The notes under the pieces were generated by a model. It was not told the origin of the DNA. It saw only the letters and a list, made by a program, of their open reading frames with translations, and searched no databases. From IMG/VR virus record IMGVR_UViG_3300025855_000003: a stretch of DNA of 34,094 nt, one strand, 5' to 3'. The position numbers and the translations under genes are program-made. How positions within the stretch are numbered: the stretch's first letter is position 1; each line of letters begins with the position of its first letter. The stretch is from a virus. This document shows positions 7,524 through 16,506 of the stretch, one piece after another.

Positions 7524-10500
7524 CTAAATTTTTAAACCCTGAAAATATGTGGGTTTTAATTTGATACTAGGCAAGTTCATCTTTTTTAGTTTGATTCTGC
7601 CATTTGTATTAGTCGTTGAGCTTAAATTTATCTCAGGAATAGAGGATAATCTTGATCTTCCTCCAGTAGAATTAAATTGAATAAGAGGAACCTTTGCACC
7701 TCCAGTAGAAAGTTGTCTGCTTGGAATAGGAGTTTCTTTAATTGAAATCTTTTTGCCTGCTTTTGAGGATTTCTTAACTGTTTTTGATTTTTCATCCCAT
7801 TGGATAGACTTTAAGTATTTGCCTTCAGCACTACTTAAAACTCCCTCATCTACCAATTCATTAATGTTGTTGTCAGAAAGTATTCTCGAACCTCGAACTT
7901 CTTTTCTAAGCAATGCCAAAGCCTCTAATTTGTCTTGGTCTTCTGGAATTGTGGCAATATATTGAGAAACAAACATTCTTCTGATTTGAGATGATTCATA
8001 ATCTGAACCAGAGGCAATATCGTAATAAGAGAGATCCTCACTAGAAACACCTAACTTTTTGAAAATAGCTTCTTTGTCTTGATCATTTAAAGTGTCTGTT
8101 TCAGCACGATAAATTTCCATTGCTTTGTCGAACTTCTCACCTTCAAAGCGGATTTTCTTAATTGGATCACTTGGAGCTTCTTCTGTGTATTTTGCAAAAT
8201 CTATTGTTTTAACGCTTTGAGCTTCATCATCCCAATACATTACTTTGTTATCTGTGGAAATTGAATCTTTTTTCATTGCCTTTGCTTGTTTTGGGCTAAA
8301 CAGAGATTCAAGCCAAGTTTTATCTTTGGGATTATATTTTTCTTCTAATTCCTTTTTTTGATCGCCCAACTCTTGGGCTTGTTTTTTAGCTTCAGAAAAC
8401 TGATAAGCTCCCTCTGGATTTTGCTCATAAAGATCTTTGAATTGTTGAATTTGTTTACCTTTTAGATGAGCAACATCGCTAGATGCTGATGGATAAAGAG
8501 GAACCTCTAACATTCCTGGCAGAGCTTCTTTTAAAGATCTCTGATCAGTTACTAACTCAAGCCCTGTTCTTATCCAGGGATGAGACATCTGACCGGCCAC
8601 TGCTCCGCTTATTTTTGAAAGTTTTGCTAAACCAGAATCATCTTCTTGGTAAATTGGTGAACCATAAAAGTTTCTGTTTGTCGCCACCATTGAGAGAGCA
8701 TTAACTGGAATAGAGGCAAAACTGGTCATTTTCTGAGTAGCTCCAGCAATATCTCCACCGGCTAATTCTCCACCGGCTTCAATAAATCTTCTTGGAACTG
8801 TGCCGATTGTGAATAAAAATGGTAGATAGAATGATCTACCACCACCAATAGGAATTTCCAGAGAAAGTTCTTTACCATCTTTGTTTTCAAACATCCAACG
8901 ACCAGTGCTTTGTTTATTCATTATGTTGTATAAGGCCCAAGTAATTCCTGCTCCAACAATGAATTTTCTATTTACTGAGAATGCTTTGTCGCTGAATGTT
9001 CTTGGGTCAATAGATTTAATTGTTTTTCCCCAAAAACCCATCATTGCTTCTCTGAATCTTGGAGCCATCACAAAAGCAGAAAGAATTTCTTCTGTTTGTG
9101 CTGGTCTTGAAAAAGCATCAGTTAAACCATAGAAGTTTTTAGTTGCTTCAGAAGCAATTCTTTTGGCTTGAGTAGCATCGATTCCATCTTTTAAAGCTCC
9201 TTCATAAGCATCTTTGTAAAACTGAGTTTGTAGAACAGGCATGAAACGCTTGAAAGTTGGTTCATTAAACCATGAATCAAAGACGTCTTTAGTTCCTCCA
9301 AACAAGTTCTGCCAGAAATTTTTCTTCTCTGCTAAGTTTTTATACATGGAACCAAAATCAGTATTGGTAAAAACTGGAATACCTTCGCTGGCCATGTCTT
9401 TTAGAGTTTGTTGGTTTTCTTTGAAATACTGTGCAGTTTTTTGATCAGAAAGCGAAATTGCTAATGAGGCAAATGGACCTTTTACTCTTCCTGCTAAGAT
9501 TTCTTTTTGCATATTCGCCAGAGTAAAAGAGTTAATTGGAGTTTTTGGAATACCAGCAGACAAAGCAAATTCTTGAACACCTTTAGATAATTTAGCCATT
9601 TTGCTTAAAAGACCTGGTTCTCTCACTTCAAAGATGTTGTTGATAGCATTAGCAATGTCCGGAGGAGCTTTGTAATCCATAACAATTGGATCGGAAACAC
9701 CTGTTTCTAGTTTTACCTTTGGAAAAAATGGCGATTCAATTGCTCTCCAATCAATAGGAGCTTTGCTTGATGGGAGAAGCAACTCAGATTCAATTAAACG
9801 ATCTGCCATTTTTCTATTGGCTAGAGCTTTGTCTAATTGCAATTTATAGTGAGCAACTAATTGAGCTGGATGTGTATATCTTGGAGTTAAACCAATGCTC
9901 ACACCTTCCTGATAAGTAGGAATAAATCTTTCTTTCGTAAAACCAGGATTTTTACCAGCTCCAGCTTTAATTTTGGCATTTATTTGATTCGGAGTTTCTT
10001 TCCAAATCTGATTGAGGTAATTATCTAAGTAATTGATCTCTAAACCCTGTTTTAAACCCTCTTGCCTCGTTGCATCATAGAATTGTCTTAACCTACTGAT
10101 TTGTGGTTGGTACTTATTAATATCTAGATCTAACTCATAAGCACTTCTGTTGGTTGGATTTTGAATATATTGGATAAGTTTCCACCCATCTTTTTCTGGA
10201 ATATCTGTAAATTCTTGAGCAACTTCATTAGCATTGACTCTTGAAGTCATGTTTTCATTTCTCCAGTCTTGCATTATTTCTTGGACCTCTTTGGGAGCAT
10301 TTTTAAGAGGATCAAAAACTTTATTAAACCAGCGTTTCAAACCAGATTGTTGAATCTCGTTGTAATAACTCTGTGCTTTTGCATAATCGACTTCTTCTTG
10401 AGTAGGATCAAATTGACTATATTTATTTCCAGTAATTCTCTTCGGAGTGTTGCCAATTTGAGGTTCGAACTCACCCATCATTGGAGTTCTGGTTCTTTTT

Positions 10501-13007
10501 GGTGAAGTTTTAGTTAAAATGCTTGGATCATAATCATATGGAGGAATGTTTTCTTCAATAATTCTTCTAGCCTCATTTGCTCCTATTTTGTCCACCTGAG
10601 CTTTTGAGTAACCCATTTGCATCAATCTAGAACCATCATTCATTAAATGATCTAGGTCTTGAAGTCTTGGATCAGAAGGATCTAGCTGAGTTTTCTTTAA
10701 GCGAACCTTACCTTTTTGTTCAATGACTTTTGAAACTGGAGTAAAACCAGATTGAACTGGTGCTTCATTAATCAATGGAGCTCTTTCAATAATATCTGTT
10801 TGTTTTTCTGTACTTTCTTTTGTACTTGGTTGTACTTGCTTAATAGATGGAGCATTTGAAAACAAACTTTTATCTACTTCAACCTTATAAATGTTATTTC
10901 CAGCTTCTTGTGCATTTTTTATAAAGTTTTTACTTCTTAACCAATCCAAATATCCTATGTTTGCCTGGTTTGGCTTAATATAAATAATGCTTTTTCTACT
11001 CTTCCACAAATCTCCGACAGGCTCAACAAGTTTAAATGTATCTCCAATTTGATGTTTTAGAGCATTCACTGGATCTGTTTCCAGAACAGTTGATGAAGAA
11101 CTTTTAGTGGTATTGTTTAAACTATCTAACTTTTGTTGAATGGTTGACGCTTCTTTTCTTAATCCATCAACCATTTGCACGAAATTTTTATCATTATTCA
11201 AATAAGCTCCATAGTGGGTATAGCTTTTAATCTTTTTATTTAAATTCTCCAAATCTCTTGAGAGAATTATCCTTTCATCAACTTTATATTTATTCGCCAA
11301 CTCTTCTTTGCTTAACTTAAGATCTGATGGATCTTGGCCAACACTCTTAAAAGCATCAGCAACTAATTTGTCTGAAGCATCCTCAAAGTCATTGCTATTT
11401 AGTTTTGTTTTTGAAGATAAAGGTACTTTGCCGGTTGGTTTTGCAGATTGGGCTTTCAAAATTTGATCTTCTAGAGAACTAACTCTTTCAAGAAGTTTTT
11501 TAGCTTCCACATCGCCTTGTTTTGCGTAATGCTCAATCTGGTCTTTTGCTGACTGTCTAGCCGGTAAATCTGCTTGCCATTTACCAGAAACATTAAATGA
11601 CTTGGTTCCTAAAATATCGTCAAGTTGAGTTTGAAGGGTTTTGATATCTCCACGAGAGTAATTACCATCAAACTTTAAATCTCCATTTTTGACCGCTTTG
11701 ATGCCTCCCATCAGAGCAATTCCTGCAATAGCTTTCTTTGGATCGACTTTGACTCCAACAATGTTTCCATTTTCGTCTTTTTCTGGCTCTAAACCGGCAA
11801 CTGCACCATATGCGGGTTGAAGTTGTTGCCTAACAAAACCACCATTCTCTTTTTGGGCCCAATTACCTCTTGGGTTTTGATATTTAAAATCAAATTCATT
11901 AAACATTTTTCTGAGTTTCGGAGAAAGATTGGCTTTATTAAAATCTGGATGAGTTCTTATGGTTAACATTTGTTCTTTTGTCCATCCACCATATTGACCA
12001 TTTTTAGATCTTGGTTGTTGTAAAAGGTCTTTTAAAGAGCCTCTGGCTTCTTGTTTTAAAGGTATTTTTTTGTTTCCAAGTCGAGAAGGAGCGTATTCAC
12101 CAGTCATTTGTTTGAATTTAGTTTTTATATCTTTGGCTTTATCTAAAACCGCACCACCAACTGGACCACTGGCACCTATACCAAAACCAATAGCTCCACT
12201 TGCTAAGCGGTCTTTGTTTGTAGGGGCTTGACCTTTTACTCTTGAAAGAATTTCATCTTCAATGATGTTGGCAAGGGCATTGGCACCACCAGAAACAGCA
12301 ATTTTTGTTTTTAAAGGAACTCTGGAAGTTTTGCCAACAATTTTATCGACTGATGGTTGAGTGAGTTTATTTACTCCTCTATACGAGAGAGAGTTACCAA
12401 CACCAGAACCAAAACCTTCAGCAAAGCTACCACCAGTTAGTTTATTTACTCCACCACCTATTCCTCCAGAGATTCCGGCATATTTAGCCAAATCTTTGAG
12501 ACTAGCTCCTTTAGCACCAAACAATTGAATCCCTGTTCCAATTGTGCCAGCGACAGTATCGCTAATGCCTTGCTTTACATCATCACCAAATCTTTTAAAT
12601 TGATTTGCCTGGTTTTCTCCATGATTAACAGAAATTTCAGAGAGTTTCCTAGCACGATCTATGTTTCCGGCTTTTAATTGACGATTTGACTGATTATTAA
12701 GGGTTTGTTGGAGCCTTCTTGTGGTTTCTGCCTCTTTATTTAAACGTGCCAATTCAAAAGGAGCTTTAATTGCTGTTCCAATACCTTTTCCCATTGTTTT
12801 GGGATTTTCAGAAAATTCCTTCCAAGCATTTTGAGAAGCCACTTTTATTGGTTCAACAACTTTTTTTATTGGTTGAGTGATAGGTCTTGCCCAATCACTT
12901 CTAGTTTCAGAATTAGAAATACTTCTGAGGTTCCCAACTATGTTTTGCTGAGAATCCTCAAGTACCTTTTTAACCCTTCGTAGTAAGTCTGATACTGTTT
13001 TTGCCAA
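7524..13007 (-). CDS. Giant virion-associated protein (internal/ejection or tape-measure-like), 1827 aa
   Basis: Uninterrupted 5.5-kb ORF with a TTG start preceded by aaggag. It has an N-terminal Gly-rich hydrophobic stretch (GTIGTGIQLFGAKGAS...GISGGIGGGVNKLTGGSFAEGFGSGVGNS) and many coiled-coil-like segments. I could not recognise any enzymatic motif. Confidence 0.6.
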   Translation of the reverse strand: MAKTVSDLLRRVKKVLEDSQQNIVGNLRSISNSETRSDWARPITQPIKKVVEPIKVASQNAWKEFSENPKTMGKGIGTAIKAPFELARLNKEAETTRRLQQTLNNQSNRQLKAGNIDRARKLSEISVNHGENQANQFKRFGDDVKQGISDTVAGTIGTGIQLFGAKGASLKDLAKYAGISGGIGGGVNKLTGGSFAEGFGSGVGNSLSYRGVNKLTQPSVDKIVGKTSRVPLKTKIAVSGGANALANIIEDEILSRVKGQAPTNKDRLASGAIGFGIGASGPVGGAVLDKAKDIKTKFKQMTGEYAPSRLGNKKIPLKQEARGSLKDLLQQPRSKNGQYGGWTKEQMLTIRTHPDFNKANLSPKLRKMFNEFDFKYQNPRGNWAQKENGGFVRQQLQPAYGAVAGLEPEKDENGNIVGVKVDPKKAIAGIALMGGIKAVKNGDLKFDGNYSRGDIKTLQTQLDDILGTKSFNVSGKWQADLPARQSAKDQIEHYAKQGDVEAKKLLERVSSLEDQILKAQSAKPTGKVPLSSKTKLNSNDFEDASDKLVADAFKSVGQDPSDLKLSKEELANKYKVDERIILSRDLENLNKKIKSYTHYGAYLNNDKNFVQMVDGLRKEASTIQQKLDSLNNTTKSSSSTVLETDPVNALKHQIGDTFKLVEPVGDLWKSRKSIIYIKPNQANIGYLDWLRSKNFIKNAQEAGNNIYKVEVDKSLFSNAPSIKQVQPSTKESTEKQTDIIERAPLINEAPVQSGFTPVSKVIEQKGKVRLKKTQLDPSDPRLQDLDHLMNDGSRLMQMGYSKAQVDKIGANEARRIIEENIPPYDYDPSILTKTSPKRTRTPMMGEFEPQIGNTPKRITGNKYSQFDPTQEEVDYAKAQSYYNEIQQSGLKRWFNKVFDPLKNAPKEVQEIMQDWRNENMTSRVNANEVAQEFTDIPEKDGWKLIQYIQNPTNRSAYELDLDINKYQPQISRLRQFYDATRQEGLKQGLEINYLDNYLNQIWKETPNQINAKIKAGAGKNPGFTKERFIPTYQEGVSIGLTPRYTHPAQLVAHYKLQLDKALANRKMADRLIESELLLPSSKAPIDWRAIESPFFPKVKLETGVSDPIVMDYKAPPDIANAINNIFEVREPGLLSKMAKLSKGVQEFALSAGIPKTPINSFTLANMQKEILAGRVKGPFASLAISLSDQKTAQYFKENQQTLKDMASEGIPVFTNTDFGSMYKNLAEKKNFWQNLFGGTKDVFDSWFNEPTFKRFMPVLQTQFYKDAYEGALKDGIDATQAKRIASEATKNFYGLTDAFSRPAQTEEILSAFVMAPRFREAMMGFWGKTIKSIDPRTFSDKAFSVNRKFIVGAGITWALYNIMNKQSTGRWMFENKDGKELSLEIPIGGGRSFYLPFLFTIGTVPRRFIEAGGELAGGDIAGATQKMTSFASIPVNALSMVATNRNFYGSPIYQEDDSGLAKLSKISGAVAGQMSHPWIRTGLELVTDQRSLKEALPGMLEVPLYPSASSDVAHLKGKQIQQFKDLYEQNPEGAYQFSEAKKQAQELGDQKKELEEKYNPKDKTWLESLFSPKQAKAMKKDSISTDNKVMYWDDEAQSVKTIDFAKYTEEAPSDPIKKIRFEGEKFDKAMEIYRAETDTLNDQDKEAIFKKLGVSSEDLSYYDIASGSDYESSQIRRMFVSQYIATIPEDQDKLEALALLRKEVRGSRILSDNNINELVDEGVLSSAEGKYLKSIQWDEKSKTVKKSSKAGKKISIKETPIPSRQLSTGGAKVPLIQFNSTGGRSRLSSIPEINLSSTTNTNGRIKLKKMNLPSIKLKPTYFQGLKI

Positions 13008-13024
13008 AGTTGACTCCTTTTTTA

Positions 13025-14308
13025 TTAAGCCAAATAGTCTTCTCTAATCTTTTTAGCGGTAGCTAATGGGTTGTAAAACTCTGAAGAGTTCTTTTCTCCA
13101 ACTGGTTGAGAAGAGTTCAACATTTGAAGCTCGTTAAAAACGATGTCTCTTGGGTTAAAATTAGCTTTTCCAGATAATTCCAACTTGATATTATTTAATT
13201 CAGACATACGACTGGTTGCCCAATTTGCAATATCTGTTTGTCTTTGTCTGGTTTCTGCCTCGAGATTTCTTAAGTTAGCTGTTGCCTCAGATAATAAAGA
13301 CTGACTCAAACTAGCTAAATCTTTGGCCTTATCCAGAGGAGCATTGGCAATGGCGAATTGGATATTTTTAATTGCATTTCCGTAATACTCTTTAACTGAC
13401 TGGAGTTTTTGTTCTTTTTGGATTTCTGTATCTCTCCACATTTCACTAAACTGAAGTTCAGTGTCTTTTTCTTGCTGATCAATTTCAAAGAGTTGCTGAT
13501 TAGATTGGTTTCTAACCGAACCTTCTTGCTGACCTGCAATTTTGGTGTAGGCATATGGCATCATTACTTTGGATGCTGAAGTATCACCACCACCCATTGC
13601 TCCAAGTTGCATAGACATACCACGAACAACATTCGAAAGATTGTCTTGAAGTTCTTTTATTGAAGAAGTTTCTCTCTCTTTGACCTGATTACGATTAATA
13701 TCCAGTTTTTCCATGTTGGTTTTTTTCTGGTCTTCCAGGCCACCAAAAATCTGTTCATATACCTTAGAAGCAGAACTCAAATCCTCTTCTTGAGATTTGT
13801 TATAAGAAGTTTCTAAACCACCTAATTTCTTGACATATTCGTCATAACCAGTATTGATTTCGTTGCGAACCTGAGCCTCTCTATTAGAAGGATTATTTTG
13901 ATTTAAATAATCTTGATACTGATTCCAGTTGTCAAAGCCTAGTGATCGAGCATAATCATCTTTTTTTACTGGATTGGAAAGATCGACAGAAGAATCTGAA
14001 GCTGAAACATTGGTTTTAGTGTTTCCAGTGTTGCCTCCTGTATTTTTAACAACATCTGTTAAAAATGGACCATTTTGATTACCACTTGGCCACTCTTGAT
14101 TTTCCTGAGCATGCACTTTAGATGGTTGTGATGTGCCAAATAAGTTATTTACTATATTTGAATACTGACCACCAGTGGCAGAATTTATTTTATTGCCAGC
14201 TTGATAAAGCAATCCAGTTGATGGAGCATTTTTTATTGCCTGTTCGATTCCATAGCTACCTGGTAATATGCCTATTGCTCCTGCTATTACGTCTTTAATT
14301 AATGCCAT
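13025..14308 (-). CDS. Virion internal/structural protein, 427 aa
   Basis: It has a Gly-rich hydrophobic N-terminus (MALIKDVIAGAIGILPGSYG), a Gln/Asn/Glu-rich coiled-coil body and SD gaaagga. It lies directly upstream of the giant gene. Confidence 0.5.
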   Translation of the reverse strand: MALIKDVIAGAIGILPGSYGIEQAIKNAPSTGLLYQAGNKINSATGGQYSNIVNNLFGTSQPSKVHAQENQEWPSGNQNGPFLTDVVKNTGGNTGNTKTNVSASDSSVDLSNPVKKDDYARSLGFDNWNQYQDYLNQNNPSNREAQVRNEINTGYDEYVKKLGGLETSYNKSQEEDLSSASKVYEQIFGGLEDQKKTNMEKLDINRNQVKERETSSIKELQDNLSNVVRGMSMQLGAMGGGDTSASKVMMPYAYTKIAGQQEGSVRNQSNQQLFEIDQQEKDTELQFSEMWRDTEIQKEQKLQSVKEYYGNAIKNIQFAIANAPLDKAKDLASLSQSLLSEATANLRNLEAETRQRQTDIANWATSRMSELNNIKLELSGKANFNPRDIVFNELQMLNSSQPVGEKNSSEFYNPLATAKKIREDYLA

Positions 14309-14336
14309 ATATGTCCTTTCGTGTTATAATTAGCTT

Positions 14337-14597
14337 GTGCAAAAAACAATTAAAAAAATCGGATACTTTAATTCTTTTTTGATTTCTATATGGTTTATTC
14401 CATTTTTTATTTCTATTGCTATATTTTTTAGTGTTTTAAATAAAAATTTATTTCAACTACTAGCTGATGGATTTATGGCTTTCCAGAATAATCCAAATGA
14501 TCTTGCTAGCTTAATCTCTGGTGGTTTGATTATTTTTGCCTCAATTCCGCTTTTTATTGCGGTTTTCACCAGAGTTAAAAGGAAAAACAAGTTTTAA
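14337..14597 (+). CDS. Small two-TM membrane protein (moron candidate)
   Basis: 86 aa with a GTG start 6 nt after a TATAAT hexamer (14325-14330) and no SD. There are two long hydrophobic helices. No competing minus-strand ORF exists here. Confidence 0.45.
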   Translation: MQKTIKKIGYFNSFLISIWFIPFFISIAIFFSVLNKNLFQLLADGFMAFQNNPNDLASLISGGLIIFASIPLFIAVFTRVKRKNKF

Positions 14598-14614
14598 TTT
14601 CTCCTTTTTAAAAC

Positions 14615-14661
14615 AAAAAAGCGGTCTTATTTCTAAGACCGCCCTTTATTTCGGTTACGGA
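14615..14661 (-). terminator. Conserved CGTAACC box + GC hairpin + U-tract element, copy B (orphan: no ORF follows)
   Basis: Minus strand reads tccgtaaccgaaataaa GGGCGGTCTTA gaaa TAAGACCGC tttttt gttttaaaaaggagaaatt. An AAA codon then occupies the position where copy A has its ATG. Confidence 0.75.
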
Positions 14662-14691
14662 TTGTTTAGTTGATCCCTAGCTTTTTGATAC

Positions 14692-14724
14692 AAAAAAAAC
14701 CGCACCAATAAACTATTGTGCGGT
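14692..14724 (-). terminator. Upstream hairpin of twin-hairpin module B
   Basis: Minus strand reads accgcacaat-agttt-attggtgcggt followed by tttttttt. Confidence 0.65.
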
Positions 14725-14820
14725 TCAGGACCAAGACAATGCTTGGGAAGAACTAAGTAACTATAACATGGGGTTTTTGCAAAAGTCAATAATAAGTGGT
14801 TTAATAAATAAAAGTTTAAA

Positions 14821-15105
14821 ATGATTGACTACAAAGAGAATAAAATCAAAGAAAAAAGAAAACTTGGTGATCCTAGACCAAAAACATGGATTATTCAATT
14901 AATCATAGGTGCTATTTTTAATTTCGTGATTGGCGGTGGAATTTTTGGAACAATAGGAACTATTCTCTTTTTGGTTGGATTTGCCAATTTTATTTTATTC
15001 ATTTACTTAAAAACAAAAAATATACCAGTTTTAAGATTTTTGGTACCAATTATTCTTATAGCAATAGTTCTTTTGATTGTAGCTAGCTTATTATCTGGTA
15101 GCTAA
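14821..15105 (+). CDS. Small polytopic membrane protein (moron / superinfection-exclusion candidate)
   Basis: 94 aa with a basic N-terminus followed by three hydrophobic helices. No SD. A TATAAC hexamer lies at 14762-14767. Confidence 0.55.
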   Translation: MIDYKENKIKEKRKLGDPRPKTWIIQLIIGAIFNFVIGGGIFGTIGTILFLVGFANFILFIYLKTKNIPVLRFLVPIILIAIVLLIVASLLSGS

Positions 15106-15111
15106 TTAGAG

Positions 15112-15402
15112 TTAGTAGCCTTTAAGAACGCAAGATTCGTTTAAATAACTCCACGCATCTTCGATATTTCCATAGCCATCTCCATCCATAAATAACTCAA
15201 TACTGTACATTGAATCTTCAACACTTCTGTATGTCGAAGAGAAACAATCTTCCATTCTTTTATTTTTCTCTTCTAGCTTTGAAATTTGCAATTCCAATGT
15301 CTCTTCTCTTGATTTAGAGGACTTCTTTAACTCTGGAGCAAAAGAGGCAAAAAAAGCAAAGGTTGCTAATAACGCGAAAGAAACTAATATACCTTTAAGC
15401 AT
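15112..15402 (-). CDS. Small secreted or membrane-anchored protein
   Basis: 96 aa with an N-terminal signal/anchor-like segment (LKGILVSFALLATFAFFASFA), followed by a coiled-coil segment and an acidic domain containing two Cys. Confidence 0.55.
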   Translation of the reverse strand: MLKGILVSFALLATFAFFASFAPELKKSSKSREETLELQISKLEEKNKRMEDCFSSTYRSVEDSMYSIELFMDGDGYGNIEDAWSYLNESCVLKGY

Positions 15403-15509
15403 TTGTTATTGGTATTCTATCAGAAAAAAACCAAGTGTTTAAAGTATAATAATACTAGAGATTATTTTAGTAATGGCACAAACAAATTTTTAAAATTTAA
15501 ACTAATAAT

Positions 15510-15926
15510 ATGAATCAAATCGAAGAAAACATTAAAAAACATCAACTCGAAGCTCATAAAAATAAAGTTTGGCAAGAGTATTCTAAATGGAGAGAAAATC
15601 CAGTTTATTGCCCAGCTTTAAAAGAAAAAGTAAATTTTACTTTGCGTGGGTGGAAACACACTGTTGGCGAAGACAAAAAGAGAACAATTGATGATATTCA
15701 AGTAAGACTGAGAATGATGTCAAAAGTGAGAGAAATTATTGAAAAATCCAATTTTATGCAAGATGTTGAATCGTTTGATGGCAAGATAAGGTACAGTTTT
15801 ATTGCGGTCGAAATGCTTAAGGAAGAAAGTGGATCAGCTTATACAAAACTCTTTGTGATCGTGGAAAAAGACAGCTATGGGAATCTCACTTTTTTATCAG
15901 TCTTTAGAAGAAGACCGAGACTCTAA
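15510..15926 (+). CDS. Hypothetical cytoplasmic protein, 138 aa (moron; function unknown)
   Basis: Clean 138-aa ORF on the strand opposite the backbone. It has no SD, and a TAAAAT hexamer ends 13 nt before the ATG. The basic C-terminus reads FRRRPRL. Confidence 0.6.
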   Translation: MNQIEENIKKHQLEAHKNKVWQEYSKWRENPVYCPALKEKVNFTLRGWKHTVGEDKKRTIDDIQVRLRMMSKVREIIEKSNFMQDVESFDGKIRYSFIAVEMLKEESGSAYTKLFVIVEKDSYGNLTFLSVFRRRPRL

Positions 15927-15936
15927 AACCCAAAAG

Positions 15937-16003
15937 GGTGAGGTGTCTCACGCTTCTGTAAGTTAACTTAGCGTTGTCGAAAGCATTGCTCTCTCACCTC
16001 ACC
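15937..16003. terminator. Large GC-clamped stem-loop between convergent genes (probable bidirectional terminator or structured RNA)
   Basis: ggtgaggtg (15937-15945) pairs with cacctcacc (15995-16003). An inner stem pairs acgct with agcgt (15950-15974). On the minus strand the structure is followed by cttttgggttt. Confidence 0.45.
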
Positions 16004-16046
16004 GAGAATTATACCAAATATGATATTGTTGTCAAACTAGCTGTAT

Positions 16047-16424
16047 CTATTGAGCTGATTGTAGCTCGGCCACAATTCTCTCAATTAATTCAAGTTTTTT
16101 GCCAGATTTATCAATTTTAAGGTCTTTAGCCATTTTCCATAATTCTGGCATACCTCTGGTTTTCAGGTGTTCGAACATATCTTCTATGCTGACATCCTCC
16201 TCTTTATCATTAGAAGCATTCACTGCCTTTTTTGAGCCTTTAGAAACTGGCTTAGACACTGGTTTTTCTTTTTCAGCATCAGGTTTTTCGACATCTGGAA
16301 CACCAAATGGACCATGCGGAGAATCACTCCAACCTTCAGGAATGTCTTCTGGTCTATCGAAAATTTTAGACTCTCCATTTGGACCAAACATGAATTTTGG
16401 ATATTCTATTACTGTTTCTGCCAT
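16047..16424 (-). CDS. Acidic/Pro-rich protein with a C-terminal HeH (SAP / Rho-N-like) motif
   Basis: 125 aa. The C-terminus MPELWKMAKDLKIDKSGKKLELIERIVAEL fits the helix-extension-helix pattern of Rho N-terminal/SAP-like domains. The gene lies immediately downstream of the capsid gene. Confidence 0.6.
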   Translation of the reverse strand: MAETVIEYPKFMFGPNGESKIFDRPEDIPEGWSDSPHGPFGVPDVEKPDAEKEKPVSKPVSKGSKKAVNASNDKEEDVSIEDMFEHLKTRGMPELWKMAKDLKIDKSGKKLELIERIVAELQSAQ

Positions 16425-16442
16425 AGTGTTCCTTTCTTGAAC

Positions 16443-16485
16443 AAAAAAAGCGAGCTATAAAGCTCGCCCTTGTTTATGGTTACGA
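16443..16485 (-). terminator. CGTAACC box + GC hairpin + U-tract element, copy C (variant stem)
   Basis: Minus strand reads atcgtaaccataaacaa GGGCGAGCT ttat AGCTCGC ttttttt. The SD (aaaggaa) and the ATG at 16424 follow. Confidence 0.75.
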
Positions 16486-16506
16486 TGGTTCTAGTATAGC
16501 ACAACC

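Noticed and set aside
14768-14815. 15-codon mini-ORF (MGFLQKSIISGLINK) starting directly after the TATAAC hexamer
   Set aside because: It is too short to support and has no conservation evidence available. It is mentioned only because it abuts a -10-like hexamer.
15937-16003. A tRNA gene (a 7-bp acceptor-like stem followed by TG)
   Set aside because: No D-arm pairing partner exists for tctc, no T-arm or TTCGA-type loop precedes the 3' acceptor strand, and the only internal stem has a 15-nt loop. It does not fold as a cloverleaf.
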